A stretch of 64,000 bases of DNA from the human T2T-CHM13v2.0 reference genome, Homo sapiens. Of this stretch, positions 15,227 to 30,300 are shown piece by piece. Under the pieces are notes generated by a model, which did no database searches, had not been told where the DNA came from, and worked only from the letters and a program-made list of their open reading frames with translations. Made by a program: the position numbers and the translations under genes. Numbering within the stretch: position 1 is the first letter of the stretch; every line of letters starts with the position of its first letter. The DNA is taken from the NCBI RefSeq assembly GCF_009914755.1, contig NC_060925.1; one strand, 5' to 3'.

Positions 15227-16605
15227 GTACCAAATGTTCATGGCATTTTTTGGTGAAATTGCAGTTTCATGCTCTGAGTGTTTTTCCATAATGATTTATC
15301 TTCATATATTGCCAATGGGATTTCAGTATTACATTATTAAATCTTCAGTTATCTCTTTATCCAACATGGTTCTTTTAGCCCTATAATATATTGTGAAAGA
15401 TCATTATTTTTTACAAGAAAACTCTACTAAAAAAATGCAGATTAAAAAAATTTTTAGTTTATACAAGTAATCATTGCTTTTGTTTTTTTTTTTTTTTCCC
15501 CCTCTCTTTCTCACATTTGCTGTCTACCTGAAAAGTTTCTGGTGGATTTTTTTTTTTTTTTTTTTAGCTTGTATTAGCATTCTTTGTTAGTTTTGGAGAG
15601 AAGGATTTGGATCTATAAAATCTAAGTTGATTGCAAAAAATTGTCAGGCCACTTTATACCCATTTTTAAGATTGACAAGTGAAAATTTGTTTTAGTGACT
15701 TACCAGATGAAATAAGAATAGACCAGAAAGATCTCTAAGATCTTTTGTAGTTTTTACGATCTACAAGTTTCTACACCCAGTGTAATATTAATTACTTAAT
15801 AAGAAAAGTTTTTGAGATGACTAGTGTAACTGTTACTCTGATCCCTTCATAACTAGAAAGTGTTGTTCTCCTCATATACATTGCATCATCAGAAGGTATC
15901 TACAGAATCAGTTTTAATCCATATTACTGCCATATTACCCTTGCTGATGAATTTGTAGCTTGCTTTCTTTAGGATCTAGGTTAAAAAATAACATTTGGGT
16001 TGGGGAAGTAATTAGCTCTTTCTATAAATGTCATTGCTAGTAACAATTTACTCATTTTTAAAAGGTTACTCATTATTAATAGAAGTAACCAATTTATATT
16101 TCTTGCATTTTATTGCCTAAAAGTTAGCATGAAAATAATTAGAGGAAGGAGTGAGAAAAGAGAAGATAAGTAAATTTAACAGTAGCTCAGATAACAATAA
16201 AATTGTCTCCCCTCTTTTGTGAGAGCACCAAAAATGGCAAAGTAGCAGCTGCAGTTAAAATTTTTTAAAATCCTTGTTTGAAATACAAAGATTTTTGATG
16301 TTTCATTCATGTGCATTCATTTAAAAATGTCATTATAACTATTCCAGTATATCATATGCCTTTGATTCTGCTTCATAAAATTAAGTATGTTTGTATCTTT
16401 CTCAATTGTGTTAGCTTATAATAGCTAATGATCTTCTTTCTATTCTTTGGGTCTAAAGCAAAATACAAAAGACAATTTCTTTTATCTGTGAATTATTTCA
16501 TTGTCTTATAAAGCTAAATTGGTACAATTTTTGGAAAGTTCAGCAACATATATGTAAATTGCCATTATACTGCCCAAAACCCAGAAATCCTATTCTTTCA
16601 TTTAG

Positions 16606-16950
<345 letters not shown>

Positions 16951-17055
16951 TAAAAAATGTAAGAATTAAAACAAATAAAAAAATGTAAGAGTAGCATAAA
17001 TCTTTGTTTTAATAACTTTGATTTGAATTTTTAAATAATTTTTTTTAACCCTTAG

Positions 17056-17286
<231 letters not shown>

Positions 17287-17829
17287 TAATTGTTAATATT
17301 ATAAGAATAATCCAAACTATCTGACTAGGCACCAGTAGAGTCAATTACAGCTGAACTTGCACTTCAAACACACCTGTAATCTGCTTTTTGCACAAAGTAA
17401 AAGAAAATAGGTTAAAAAGTTTATTCTCCCAATATTTCTTCTAAGTTTTACAAGCTGTAAGAGGTTTGGTGTGACTGAACTTTTTATTGTATATCCAAAT
17501 GGAACATCCAGTCATTTTTAGTCTTCACATAGCTGAATTAATTTATCAGAACAAAAGAGCATTGCTCGTCTTCTTTTTGAAATTGCCCACATATCTCATA
17601 AAAGAACAATGAATAAGTGACTTCAACAATGAATCTGAGTGACTTCAACATGGTATTAAAATTACGTTCTAGGATAACATTTAGCAAATTGTCAAAATAA
17701 TATTTTCAATTAACAGTTAAATATATAGTGTACAATTGCTGTTCAAGGTTAGTTTTGCTATATATACATATATGCATAATATAAGCATATCCTGAATTGC
17801 ATGTTTCTAGGCTTCATATTAATATATAA

Positions 17830-17955
<126 letters not shown>

Positions 17956-19823
17956 TAGACCATATTTCAATTTGTTCCTAAAATGCTTCCCTAAGAAAAA
18001 TTAAAAGTTATTAGTTGCTAACATGAAACAAGTTAATGCAGTTAAGGAGGTCAAATTTTAAGAAAAAGAAAAATTAAGATAAAAGGATGTCTATAATACT
18101 AGGGAGGTAAAATCTAAATAGTAGCTTACTAATTATAATATTCATCATCGGTAACACCAGATTAGGTGTATAGTAGTTTAAGAAAAACAGGTTTGAGTAT
18201 TCATGTTATTACAATAAAGAATCACACACAAAAAAATCTGTCCTTTTAAGAAAATAATTTTATTATAACTGTTTCTCCAAAAGCCTAGCAATTTTTCCAT
18301 TTTTAGTACAGCTATTTTTCCATTTTGAGTTTTTCTTAAAAAGGAAATGGAACTTTGTTTTTCAGGATTAGTATATAGCAGAACAAATGAGTGAAGAATC
18401 TTTTCCTTTATCATTATATTTTAAGATTTTTTTAAGCCTGTTAAAACAGTATTTTCAGCCTGAGTTCTTTGGAGCTCTGGATTTCTTCTGGGATGGGAGA
18501 GGGAAGGTGGATAATAGGAAGGCATTACTCTGGGCCTTTCCTCCCCAACTTCAACCAGGGTTTTTATTTGTGGGTTCTCATATACTATTTCTTATGAAAA
18601 TGAGAATCCATTGCTAAAAATGTTAGTAAGTTGGAAAACCACTACTCTAGACTAACACTGACTGTTCGTAGCACAATTCCCATGTATACTTTCACTCATT
18701 GAATAGGCATTTATAAAACAGTTGATGTATTGTATACATAATGCTGGGTGTAAAAAAGATAAGGCCCTACCCTCAGAGTTTAGTGGGAAAGACAATGTAA
18801 ACAGCTAGAACATACTGTAGTGGGGTCTGTGTCAGTCAGAGGTATACACATAGTGTTTTGGAAGCCCACAGAGAGGAACAGCTGTTTGTAAATGGGGTAG
18901 ATAGGATGGAGAGGTCTTCACAGAAGAAATAAGAATTGGACAGAAGTCTGAGAATAGTTCACCAGGCAGACAGGGAGCAAAGCAGCATTTAAGACAGAAG
19001 GATCAGCATGTGCCAAAGCATGAGAGGGTAAATGAACCATCAGTGTGCCTGGAACCCTAGAGTACATGCACAAAAGTAGCTTAATCAAACTAAACGGTTA
19101 GGTGAGGGTAAGATTGTGAAGGGCCCTGTGGGGCACCCTGATGAGTTGGGAATTTATTATTTCAGTATTGGGGAACTGTTGATCAGAGTAGCATCTTTCT
19201 CTTCCTCTCATACTCTTTCTTTCATCCTTTTTTTCCTTTGCCATGTTTTTTGCTTTTCCACTTTTTTCCTTTGCTCATGGTTACATATTGCATCTCTGGG
19301 TGTTCACGAGTATTCAAGTAATCCTATTCTTGGTACTTAAGGCTCAGTTTCTTGTTAACCCTTGCCCAAAAATTTATTTTCCAAGACTACTCTGCCTCAG
19401 TCAAGGTAACATCTTTTCAAGGGATTCAAGTGGCCCATGGATAATAATTTAACTGTATTTCGTCACTAAAGTTATCAGTTCTCCTATAGGGAAAACAAGG
19501 AGCCAACAAAGTAAATGGCTCTGAGAAGCAAATTGCAAGTAAAAGCTAAATTAAATTCTTAAATGTTTTAAGTAGCCTCAAAATTTGACCTTTGTTTTTC
19601 TGCCATTTGAAAGAGTTGTGTTCTTTGACCTTCCTCCTTTAAATACAAGTTACAGTGATTATTTGGCATTGAATAGACTTAAGGCAGAAATATAGACATC
19701 AGACGCATAAAGAATGAAGTAATTCCTCCTGGTACTGGCTGATTGTTTACGGTTTGCCTGATCTTCAAGGAAAAAATACAGTTACTTTATGATCTTTGAT
19801 ACGATTTTTAACTTGCCTTGTAG

Positions 19824-20069
<246 letters not shown>

Positions 20070-22787
20070 TGAATGCTTGATCTTGGCACAGTAACTTAGT
20101 TCCTCATGAACTACATTTGTCGTAAAATGGTCAAAATGAAAAGACCAGAGTCACGTAAAAACTCTTATCAGCTGCTGTTTTCTTAGAGTACATAACCTTA
20201 GGATATATTATCGTGCATATTCTTTAATGGTAGGTTTGTTGAAAATCAGTCATAGCCCAAACAGAAATAAATGTGACATGCTAAGAAATGAAACATACCT
20301 CAGTTTGCTTTTTGAATATTTTTTTGTTTTAGATAAACTGTGAGGTGCAGTGCCACAGATACATAAAAATGCATATATTACAACTAATGTTCAAGAAGGA
20401 ATTGAATAATTTATAACAAAAGAAAAGGTCTAGTATCTGTTATAAGCAGAATATATTTATCAAACAAAAGAGTTTTACCACTCTTCACTGATTTCATAAA
20501 TGTCCCCATACGTTTGGTATTAGCTATCATTTAATAATAATAGGTACCATTTATAAAGTAACTATAATGTATCAGGCTTATACTAATTATTTCACAGCTT
20601 TATCCTCATTTACCTCCAATCCTTTACAAAGTAGGTTATTTGTAATAACTTAGCCCAAGTCACACAACTGATAAATATTAAAGCCAGAATTTGAAATTAG
20701 CTTCCAAGCCCTTACTCCCCTTTGACCTATAAATTTCACTTACAGGAATATATTCAAATCATTCATATGACATGCAAACCTCTGGATGATCTAATCTCAA
20801 ACTATTCTAGCTGATTTACAGCATTCTTTTCTTCTGTGACTACTCCATCCACACTGGCCCTCTTTGATTTTTGGGGATACACCAAACTCTTTCCCACCTC
20901 AGGGTTTTTATAATCGTGCTGTCCCCTCCCATCTTCACTCTGTTGAGATAACTTCTTACTGTAAGAACTGCATAAGCAGTGAATTAAATATCACTTCCTC
21001 AGAGAGAGTGGGGAATGGAGACAAGTATTCCACAGAAAGTAGACAGCGTATAGCGTTTTTCTAAGCCCTAGAGGAGAGAAAGTATAGCACATCTGAAAAA
21101 TTGAAAGAAGACCCATATGTTTGTAATTAAAAGAATTAGAAAATAATCCTCAAATGTAAATATTAACTTTTACCAGGAAAGAGGGAAAACTTCAAATGGT
21201 GAAAACAACAACAAAAAATAAACCTGGAATGTAAACAAAAAATGTTAATAGACCAACAAAATGTTTTTGTGATCTTCTTTGGGTTCCTGTATTATTAAAT
21301 TATAATAACACTGTAACTTTTTTAAAATATATTTTGTTCAATAACAGCAAGTAACCCTTAAAATTCATCCATTTGAATTTCACATTTGAGGAAGCAGCAT
21401 TTTAAAACAAGAAAAACGTTTACTGGTAATGACACCTAAAATGTGCTTACTCTTATCTAGTGGATGGCTCTTCCTCAGTAGTTTTCCTGCAGAAAATTAA
21501 TTCTCTTTCCAGTTGCACAAAAATCTATTTGTGCTAATGTAGCAATGGTTGGTTAGTTAATAGCCACTACCATCCTTCTTTGGTTTTAGAATTAGATAAG
21601 GTGTTTTATAATATAAAAATTCTCTTTCATTTCTTTTTGCCAGCAATCAAAAAGACAATTTCTAGTTGGTTTAGTCAGCTTATCTTCTTGCTTCTCTTAT
21701 ACAAAATACTAGATAGAATAAAGTGCCCAAGAGTTAACATTTCTGCTGCCCTTATCTTTAAGATATCTAGTTATTTGATGGGTCAGTTAGTCAACCACTC
21801 TTTTTCTCTCCTATCCAGTGTCCTGCAGTCCAAATACAATAATGTGTGCATATTCAGGAGAGTTAAAAATGGACTTGGATCAAATAAGCACATGGTAGCC
21901 ACAAAGTACCTCTCGGCTCATCCATTACTCCAGAAGGCTTCCTAGGAAGTCCAGGGAATAGATACGGACAGTTTCTTTCTGTTGGAGCTGTGATTTTTAA
22001 TGAAGGAGCCTCTTAAAATCATCTGTAGGGGTTTTACAAACTACAAATACTTACCTAGGTCTCACCTGCTAAAGATTCTGGTTCATTTTAGCTGGATAGA
22101 GATTAAGCGTCTACATTTTTAAAAAGCAACCAAAGTTAATCTCATGAATAATGCACTAAAGACTGCTAGTCTAGTGGCCACTTGAGATGGAAAGGCATTT
22201 CTGACATCCCTAGAAGCTTTGAGAGGCTTTGGAAAGATGGTAATGGTTTGCATGGATCATTCTAGACTCCTCTAGAATGTCTTAGAATCACTTTACTGCC
22301 CTGCTTAAAATTCTCCTTTGCCCACACATGTTCTTAGGGTAGAGTCCAAATGTGTTAACATGTCTTATAAAACCCTGCATTATCTCTTGACATTCTTCCC
22401 ATTATACCTCTGGATCTTAGCACAGATAGTTATCATTTCTCTGTCATGGGTTTGCAAAGCCTGTTATCCTATTGAGATCACAATCACTTATTAAATCGTT
22501 CACAGATTGACTCCCTCAGTAAGTGATACTAACTTTACTCCAGAATAGACCTAATATTTATATACCCTTGATCTCCCTGCTTCTACTTCTCTTGTCCTCA
22601 TAGTCTGATTTTCACACAGCAGCCAGAGGGATCCTTTCAAAACAGGTCAGTTAATTTTTTTGTTAATGGCCAGATATGGTTTTTATTGTAACCACTCAAC
22701 TCTGCCATTGTAATGCAAAAACAGCCATAGACCATATGTAAATGAACAGGTATGGCACTTATAATAAAACTTAATATATAAAAACAG

Positions 22788-23113
22788 AGCCAGGTACAGT
22801 GGCTCACGCCTGTAATCTCAGCACTTTGGGAGGCTGAGGCAGGTGAATCACCTGAGGTCAGGAATTCAAGACCAGCCTCGCCAACATGGCAAAACCCCGT
22901 CTCTATAAAAATAAAAAATAAAAAAAATTATAAATACAAAAATACAAAAATTAGCTGGACGTGATGGTGCACACCTGTAATCCCAGCTACTTGGGAGGCT
23001 GAGGCAGGAGAGTCACTTTAACTTGGGAGGTAGAGGTTGCAGTGAGCCAAAATTGCGCCACTACACTCCAGCCTGGGTGACAGATTGAGACTCTGTCTCA
23101 AACAAAACCAAAA
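22788..23113 (+). mobile_element. Alu (S-like)
   Basis: Alu similarity with an expanded middle A-rich linker. Confidence 0.9.
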
Positions 23114-23483
23114 TCAGGCAGTGGGCTGTATTTGCCTATGGGCTATAGTCTGCTACCACCTTTTTAAAACACAAATTAGATACCACCCCCTCTTAAAATT
23201 CTCAGGGACTCCCTATTGCTCTTAAAGTAAAACCCAGACTTCTTACTCTGGCCTTCAAGGTCCTACATGACATACATTCTGCCAACCTCTGACTTCCACT
23301 CAGTCCACCTTTTTTTCTAGCTCACTACATTTTAGCCATACTGGCCTCTCTTCCTCAAACTCATCAAGCTTAGTAGCACATTTAGGACCTTTTCACTTGT
23401 TCATCTGCCCAACTTTGCCCCCAGGACTTCACATACAATTGAGGTCTTAGCTCCAATATCACCTCCTTAGAAAAGTCTTCCCT

Positions 23484-23800
<317 letters not shown>

Positions 23801-24393
23801 GTCTTCCCTGGTCACTCAATCTAAAGTTGTTTTCTGTGTCTTCTCATATCTTCCCTCTCACTTAGTCATTCTTGTTCATTGCCTTATTTTCCTCAAGTAC
23901 TTATCACTCTTAAGCTTTAATTTCTTTATTTATTGTCTTATTACAGATTAGAGGAGAAAAATACAGGTGGTACCTTGTTTGTTGTCTATCTTCCTCCTTA
24001 GAAAGTAAGCTTATAAAGAGCAGAGACCCAGTTTGTCTTAATTTGCAGCTGGGTCTTTAGGCTCCTAAAACAGTGCCTACCACATAGTAGTTGCTTAACA
24101 AATACTGAGTATTCTGGTAAATAAGTACACATCTAGTATCAAATCTCTAGCTAACAATGAATTTGTATTATTTCTTTTAAAGAAAGTAAATAAATTCTTT
24201 GTAAAGGGTAGCCTGGAAAATAAAACAACAGTGTTTTTTGTGAAACACAGGCTTCCATTGGGAAATTTTTTTCTTATCTACCTTCCCTCCCTCTGCAGCA
24301 AACTCAGTGTCTCTTCATATCATTATCTTCCCCAGTTTCCTGAAGAAATATTCTAACAGAATAAAAGGAACCTTTCTACAAATGTAAACCTTA

Positions 24394-24703
<310 letters not shown>

Positions 24704-25363
24704 TTAAGAGAACACACTGTTCTTCAGACCTCCTTGTCTATAATTGCCAACCAGAGATTTGTATAAGTGTTAACTGCTTTGCAGCCTTACTACTTCAGTA
24801 GCATTTCATGAACAGAAGATTTAATTAATTCTGAGAAGTTGGGCTTACATTCTGGAAGAGGTGACTATGCATCAGTTAAATGAATTGAATTTGAGGAGAG
24901 AACAACTATTCTGCTTTCCTCATTTCAGAAGCCACTGTCACTTATTCTGTGACCTATCGTAAGACTCTTGGCCCTCATTTGTCTCTTTATTGTGTGCCTC
25001 TGAGTGTAAAAGTCTAACCTCTACTGCAAACTCCCTGATTTAAAGGCTGTGACATTTTTTTCTTAACTCTCTATTATCCCATCTTCTTTATAATGTGACA
25101 ACCAAAAGAAATTTGAGTAAGAAGCCTGCCAACTTTGAGATAGGCCGTTACTGCTTCATCATGCTCTAACATGACAGGATAGGTTTCTTGAATATATTCA
25201 GTCATACTCAGGATTCCCATTCCTGAGCCCTACTTAAGTAGAATAGCAACTTCATGTTTTGTTCTCTCTTGAAAGTATCACACAATAAAAACAATGTAAT
25301 TTTTTTTATACTAATATCCCTTAGGTAGCCTTTTATTGGTCAGAAATTCTTCTACTGTGTTTA

Positions 25364-25500
25364 AATTCCTTACTGATCTATAAAGGTCTATTCAAATCTT
25401 ATTTTGTTCATTTATTTTATAAATATGTATTCAATACATATTTATAAAATAAATGAACAAAATAAGATTTGAATAGACCTTTATAGATCAGTAAGGAATT
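25364..25500. repeat. Perfect 137-bp inverted repeat (68-bp arms, 1-nt spacer)
   Basis: 25364-25431 is the exact reverse complement of 25433-25500, checked base by base. Confidence 0.97.
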
Positions 25501-26835
25501 GAATACTTATTTGTATTCAATACCTATTTGTATAATTAAGGTTATAAAGGTTACACATACATTATGTCATTGGTTTGACATTGGATTAGAGTTGGCATAG
25601 AGGAGATTTAATCTAATTCACTTGGACAATTAAACAATTAAAAGGGACATATAGTCCCTTCAGTGTACTGTTCTTGGTGCTGTTGACCTAGGATCCAGTG
25701 GGAGCATTTAATCCTGTGTAGATAATAAATAAAATCTCAGGATTCAGTCTTCTCTTGCTGTTGACAGTGGGACTGAACTGTTTTCCTTATGCTTAACCTT
25801 AATATTTTCCATGTTACTATGTGGAAATGTTTCTGGGGCAGAAACATCCTAGTTCCATCTCAGTGATGGTAGTGATTTTATGCTGTTGCCTTCTTCACAA
25901 TACCCTTATGTAATGTATCTTACCTTCATAAAACTTATATTCATTTATTCAGTAAACCTTCATTGAACATCCTATACTAGGCTCTGAGGATATAAAGATA
26001 AAAAGAAGTAACTCCTGCCCTCCAGGAACTCTCAATCTGGTCTGCAGGAAGACATGCAAACGACTATTACTGTAATTAGGATCATCATTATGAAGTTCAT
26101 ATAAGATATTCTAGAATGTGGAGGAGGGAGTTCATAATTCTGCAGATAGCCTGTTTGGAAATGTCCAGGAAAAGTTTCACCAAGGGTATAATAGTTGTAT
26201 TGAGATGAGTAAACCTTTATAGCTAAAGAATTGGGCAAAAGTATCCCAAGCAGAGGAATAGCAAGTGTAATTCCTGAAAACTTGAACGAGCATACTGTAC
26301 TCACCAGTTTGTAAGTTTATATTCACTTGAGTATTTAACCTAAATAAGCTCCTTGAGACCAGAAATTTACATCTGTTTTGGTCACCATTGTATTCTCAGG
26401 TTTTATCACAATGCCTGGAACATAGTATTTAATTTAAAAAAATCTTTTTACAAACAGAATTACACAAATCCTCAACAATCGTCCACATATTTTCTCTCAC
26501 ACAGCTGCCTCCTCACTCCCCTTTGCAGCACCTGATGTACCTCCTTAGAAACCTAGACTCCAAAGAACACTGTTTGACAACCACTGCAGTAGAACATAAT
26601 ATATCAAGATTTTAGGAGTGGGTTTCTTTTTTCATTTTTACATGTTTTAGAATAACATGCATAATCAAAGCTAATAATACTGTGTTTTCTTTACTCTTTT
26701 ATTTGCCTCTAAAGACATCCACACATAGTGGTGAACTGATTTTTAATGCGTTTTAAATAAAAGGCATTGAAAAATATTAATAATTGTAATTACTAAAAGT
26801 ATTTCTCTTTGCGATTCTCTTATCTGTGTTTCCAG

Positions 26836-26900
26836 ACCGGTTGGAGGGTGACAGATCAGAAGGCTCTGGTCAAGAGAATGAAAATGAGGATGAGGAATAA
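26836..26900 (+). CDS. DCAF6: DCAF6 terminal coding exon (DRLEGDRSEGSGQENENEDEE*)
   Basis: tttccag acceptor, phase-1 continuation, acidic C-terminus, TAA at 26898-26900. Confidence 0.95.
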
Positions 26901-27300
26901 TAAACTCTTTTTGGCAAGCACTTAAATGTTCTGAAATTTGTATAAGACATTTATTATATTTTTTTCTTTACAGAGCTTTAGTGCAATTTTAAGGTTATGG
27001 TTTTTGGAGTTTTTCCCTTTTTTTGGGATAACCTAACATTGGTTTGGAATGATTGTGTGCATGAATTTGGGAGATTGTATAAAACAAAACTAGCAGAATG
27101 TTTTTAAAACTTTTTGCCGTGTATGAGGAGTGCTAGAAAATGCAAAGTGCAATATTTTCCCTAACCTTCAAATGTGGGAGCTTGGATCAATGTTGAAGAA
27201 TAATTTTCATCATAGTGAAAATGTTGGTTCAAATAAATTTCTACACTTGCCATTTGCATGTTTGTTGCTTTCTAATTAAAGAAACTGGTTGTTTTAAGAT
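26901..27300 (+). other. DCAF6: DCAF6 3' UTR with polyA signals
   Basis: AATAAA at 27232-27237 and ATTAAA at 27275-27280, followed by U/GU-rich sequence. The exact end is inferred. Confidence 0.75.
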
Positions 27301-27478
27301 ACCCTGAATTTGACTTTTTATTTAATGCCTTGCTACTTTGACCCACAGTTTTCCAATCTCTCCTGTAGCATACGATGACTATTTTTCTATATTTTCTAGA
27401 TTTAACAACCTTTTCCTTTTTTGCTTGTGTGGGATAGAATCACATAGAAGGACTTCCTTCATTTCTCCTTCCACGGTA

Positions 27479-27883
27479 CAGCTGACCCTTGAGCAACCCA
27501 GGGGTTAGTGGCACCAGCCCCCCTCACAGTTGAAGATTCATGTGTAACTGTTGACTTCCCAAAAATTTGACCATTAACAGCCTGTTGATCGCAAGCCTTA
27601 CTGATAGCATGGTCAATTAACACATATTTTGTATATTTTATGTGTTATATTCTATACTCTTACAATAAAGTAAGCTACAGAAAAAGTGTTATTAAGAAAA
27701 TCATAAGGAAGAGAAAATATATTTACTGTTCACTAGGTGGAAATGGATCATCATAAAGGTCTTCACTGTTGAGAAGGCCGAGGAAGAAGGAGGCGTTGGT
27801 CTTGCTGTCTGAGGGATGGCAGAGGAAATCCACATATAGGTGGATCTATGTAGTTCAAACCTGTGTTGTTCAAGGGCCAACTA
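27479..27883. mobile_element. Tigger2-family (MER28/Tigger2a-like) DNA transposon derivative
   Basis: TIRs cagctgacccttgagcaac ... gttgttcaagggccaacta, flanked by TA. Confidence 0.75.
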
Positions 27884-30007
27884 TACTTTATTTTTACCTC
27901 CAGTCGTTATCGCTCCTGATCAGTGGAACCTCATTACACAAATAAAGGAGTTAGTCTTCAAGCAGAAATGACTGAGAGCATCATGGGTAGCTCACATAGT
28001 AGCATAAAGTAGCCCTGAAGGAAATGGCTTCTGGCCTCTCACTCCAAATTTTAAATTTCACTGCAAGTTATTGACCATCCAGTCTAATTTCTGCTCTTCC
28101 TTAACTCTAGTATCCACCTCCATTCAAGTCATCTACACCCAGACCTACATATCCTATAGGTTATGACCCAAAACTGCTCCTGCAGACCTAACCCTTCAAT
28201 CATCCTCCCTCACTTCTACTAAATTTTCATTCTGCTGGTATCTTCCCCTCAGCCTATTCATGTGCTCATGTCTCTTCAGTCCATTCACAAAATAAATCTT
28301 TTCTTAACACCAAATTATTCTCTCTATACTTTCTGATTTCTCTCCTCCTCTTGTCATCCATATGAGCACAATACATGTCCATGGCTTCTCTTTGCTACTT
28401 TCTTGATATACAAAGCCACTTCCGGAACCCAGACCTGCCAGGTGGGAGTGAGGCAGTTAGTTCACTGCCTCATAATATCTTGGAGGCAAAATCGCAAGCA
28501 TGGCAGAGTGTTGGGTTTAGTGGTCCGCGATTTCAAAGGCACGCTCACTGTCGCGCACACCCTCACACACACGCTTGGCCTTTGCTATTGTAGGTTTCTG
28601 GGATGGCACATCATTTCTCCCTTTTAGTGGGGAAAGTCTTTGAGCTTCCATTCAGTGGGCTCTTAGGAACTGTCTCACTTGTGAAGGACAGAAATAAACC
28701 CAGCAACTTCTCCATGACCTATAGTCCAGCCAGTAACTATCTTCACTATACCTCCTTGCCAGCCAGTAGCTGGAGAAGACATTGAATTACATGCTGGACT
28801 GATTATTGACCCCATCTTGAAACAGCTATTCAGTGCTGCCAAAATTATAACACTTACAAAAGAAAGAAAATGTTGGAGTTGTCAAGGTCAGAGCTACGGA
28901 TCATATGACAGCTTATCCATCACCATCAGCACCAGCCTTGAGCTCTAGCTTTTGCTCACACTCTGGAAGTGGATGTGATATCATTGGTGACTATACATGG
29001 TGGCTGAAAGAGGCCAGTGCCAATGCAAATGTGATGGCTTGCCATGGTCATCTCAATCCTGGGCCCCTGTCTGTTGATGCTTTTAGTGTTTGTGCTGTTA
29101 ACAGCTGCCCTTTTTTGTTGAAAGTAGTCAATCTCTTATTGTTTAATTAGCAGATAGTTGAAATGTTCCTATTATTTTCAGGAATCTAAATATCTTGGAG
29201 AGAAAGGACAAAGTCAGATACTGAGAGTAAGACATAATATCTCCTGGCTGAGCCACGACTGGTCTCACGGACCAGTCAGTAGTCAAGCAGAGCATCCCTC
29301 TTCCATATGGAGAACAAGGATCTCCTCCACAGCCAGAGACATCTGCTGCTGAGAAGGTTAGCTTTTTGTGTAGAGGAAATAACTGCAGTAGGTTATTACT
29401 CAGTAAGCTCAGTAGGTTCAGCTGGACTTCAACATCCAGCTTGACAAAGGCACATATGTATCCACATTAGGAAACGTCGTAAATGATCAAGAGGATAGAA
29501 TCAGAGCTTTAGCCAAACAAGGTCACTTTATGACTTCCGAAAAGTGCAAGGGTCTTAGTTTCTGGTTTTCAGTTATGTACCTTGCTCAAGACACCTGACT
29601 TCTCTGGGTTTGTTCCCTCTCTAAAGGGGGTGGTCATATTTGCCCTACCTATGTCACAGGGGCTGTTAGGGCAAGATGAAGCCATAAGATTGACGAATTG
29701 TTATACAGGATAACTGAAAAGACGACTCTAAGCACACAGTATGTCATTCCTTCCACTGTAGTAAGACAGTAACAGGGATGTGTTATAGCGGGGTGTTGGG
29801 AAATTGACAGGACAGAGGATACTGGAGGACTAGTGGGGTGAAGGAGTAACTGTCAGGAAAAACAATAGAAGAAAGTCAAAATGGTATTCATCTGCTCTAG
29901 TGCAGGATGTTGATGGGGGAGAGTGGGGCTATGGGAACTCTACTTTCTCTCAGTTTTGCTGTGAATCTAAAACTGCTCTAAAAAAATTTTTTTTTAAAGT
30001 ATTTGTT

Positions 30008-30300
30008 GGCCAGGCACGGTGGCTCACACCTGTAATCCCAGCACTTTGGGAGGCCGAGGTGGGCAGATCACGAGGTCAGGAGTTCAAGAGCAGCTGACCA
30101 ACATGGTGAAACCCTGCCTCTACTAAAAATAGAAAAATTAGCCGGGCATGGTGGCATGTGCCTGTAATCCCAGCTACTCAGGAGACTGAGGCAGGAGAAT
30201 AGCTTGAACCGGGAGGCAGAGATTGCAGTGAGCCGAGATCACGCCATTGCACTCCAGCCTGGGCAACAGAGCGAGACTCCATCTCAAAAAAATAAAAAAA
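30008..30300 (+). mobile_element. Alu (S-like) with TSD aaagtatttgtt
   Basis: Alu similarity and TSD. Confidence 0.92.

Noticed and set aside
25364-25500. Palindrome as a MADE1/Tigger-type MITE or known miRNA
   Set aside because: No recognisable TIR sequence or TA duplication, and perfect arms do not fit an ancient element. Kept as a de novo palindrome.
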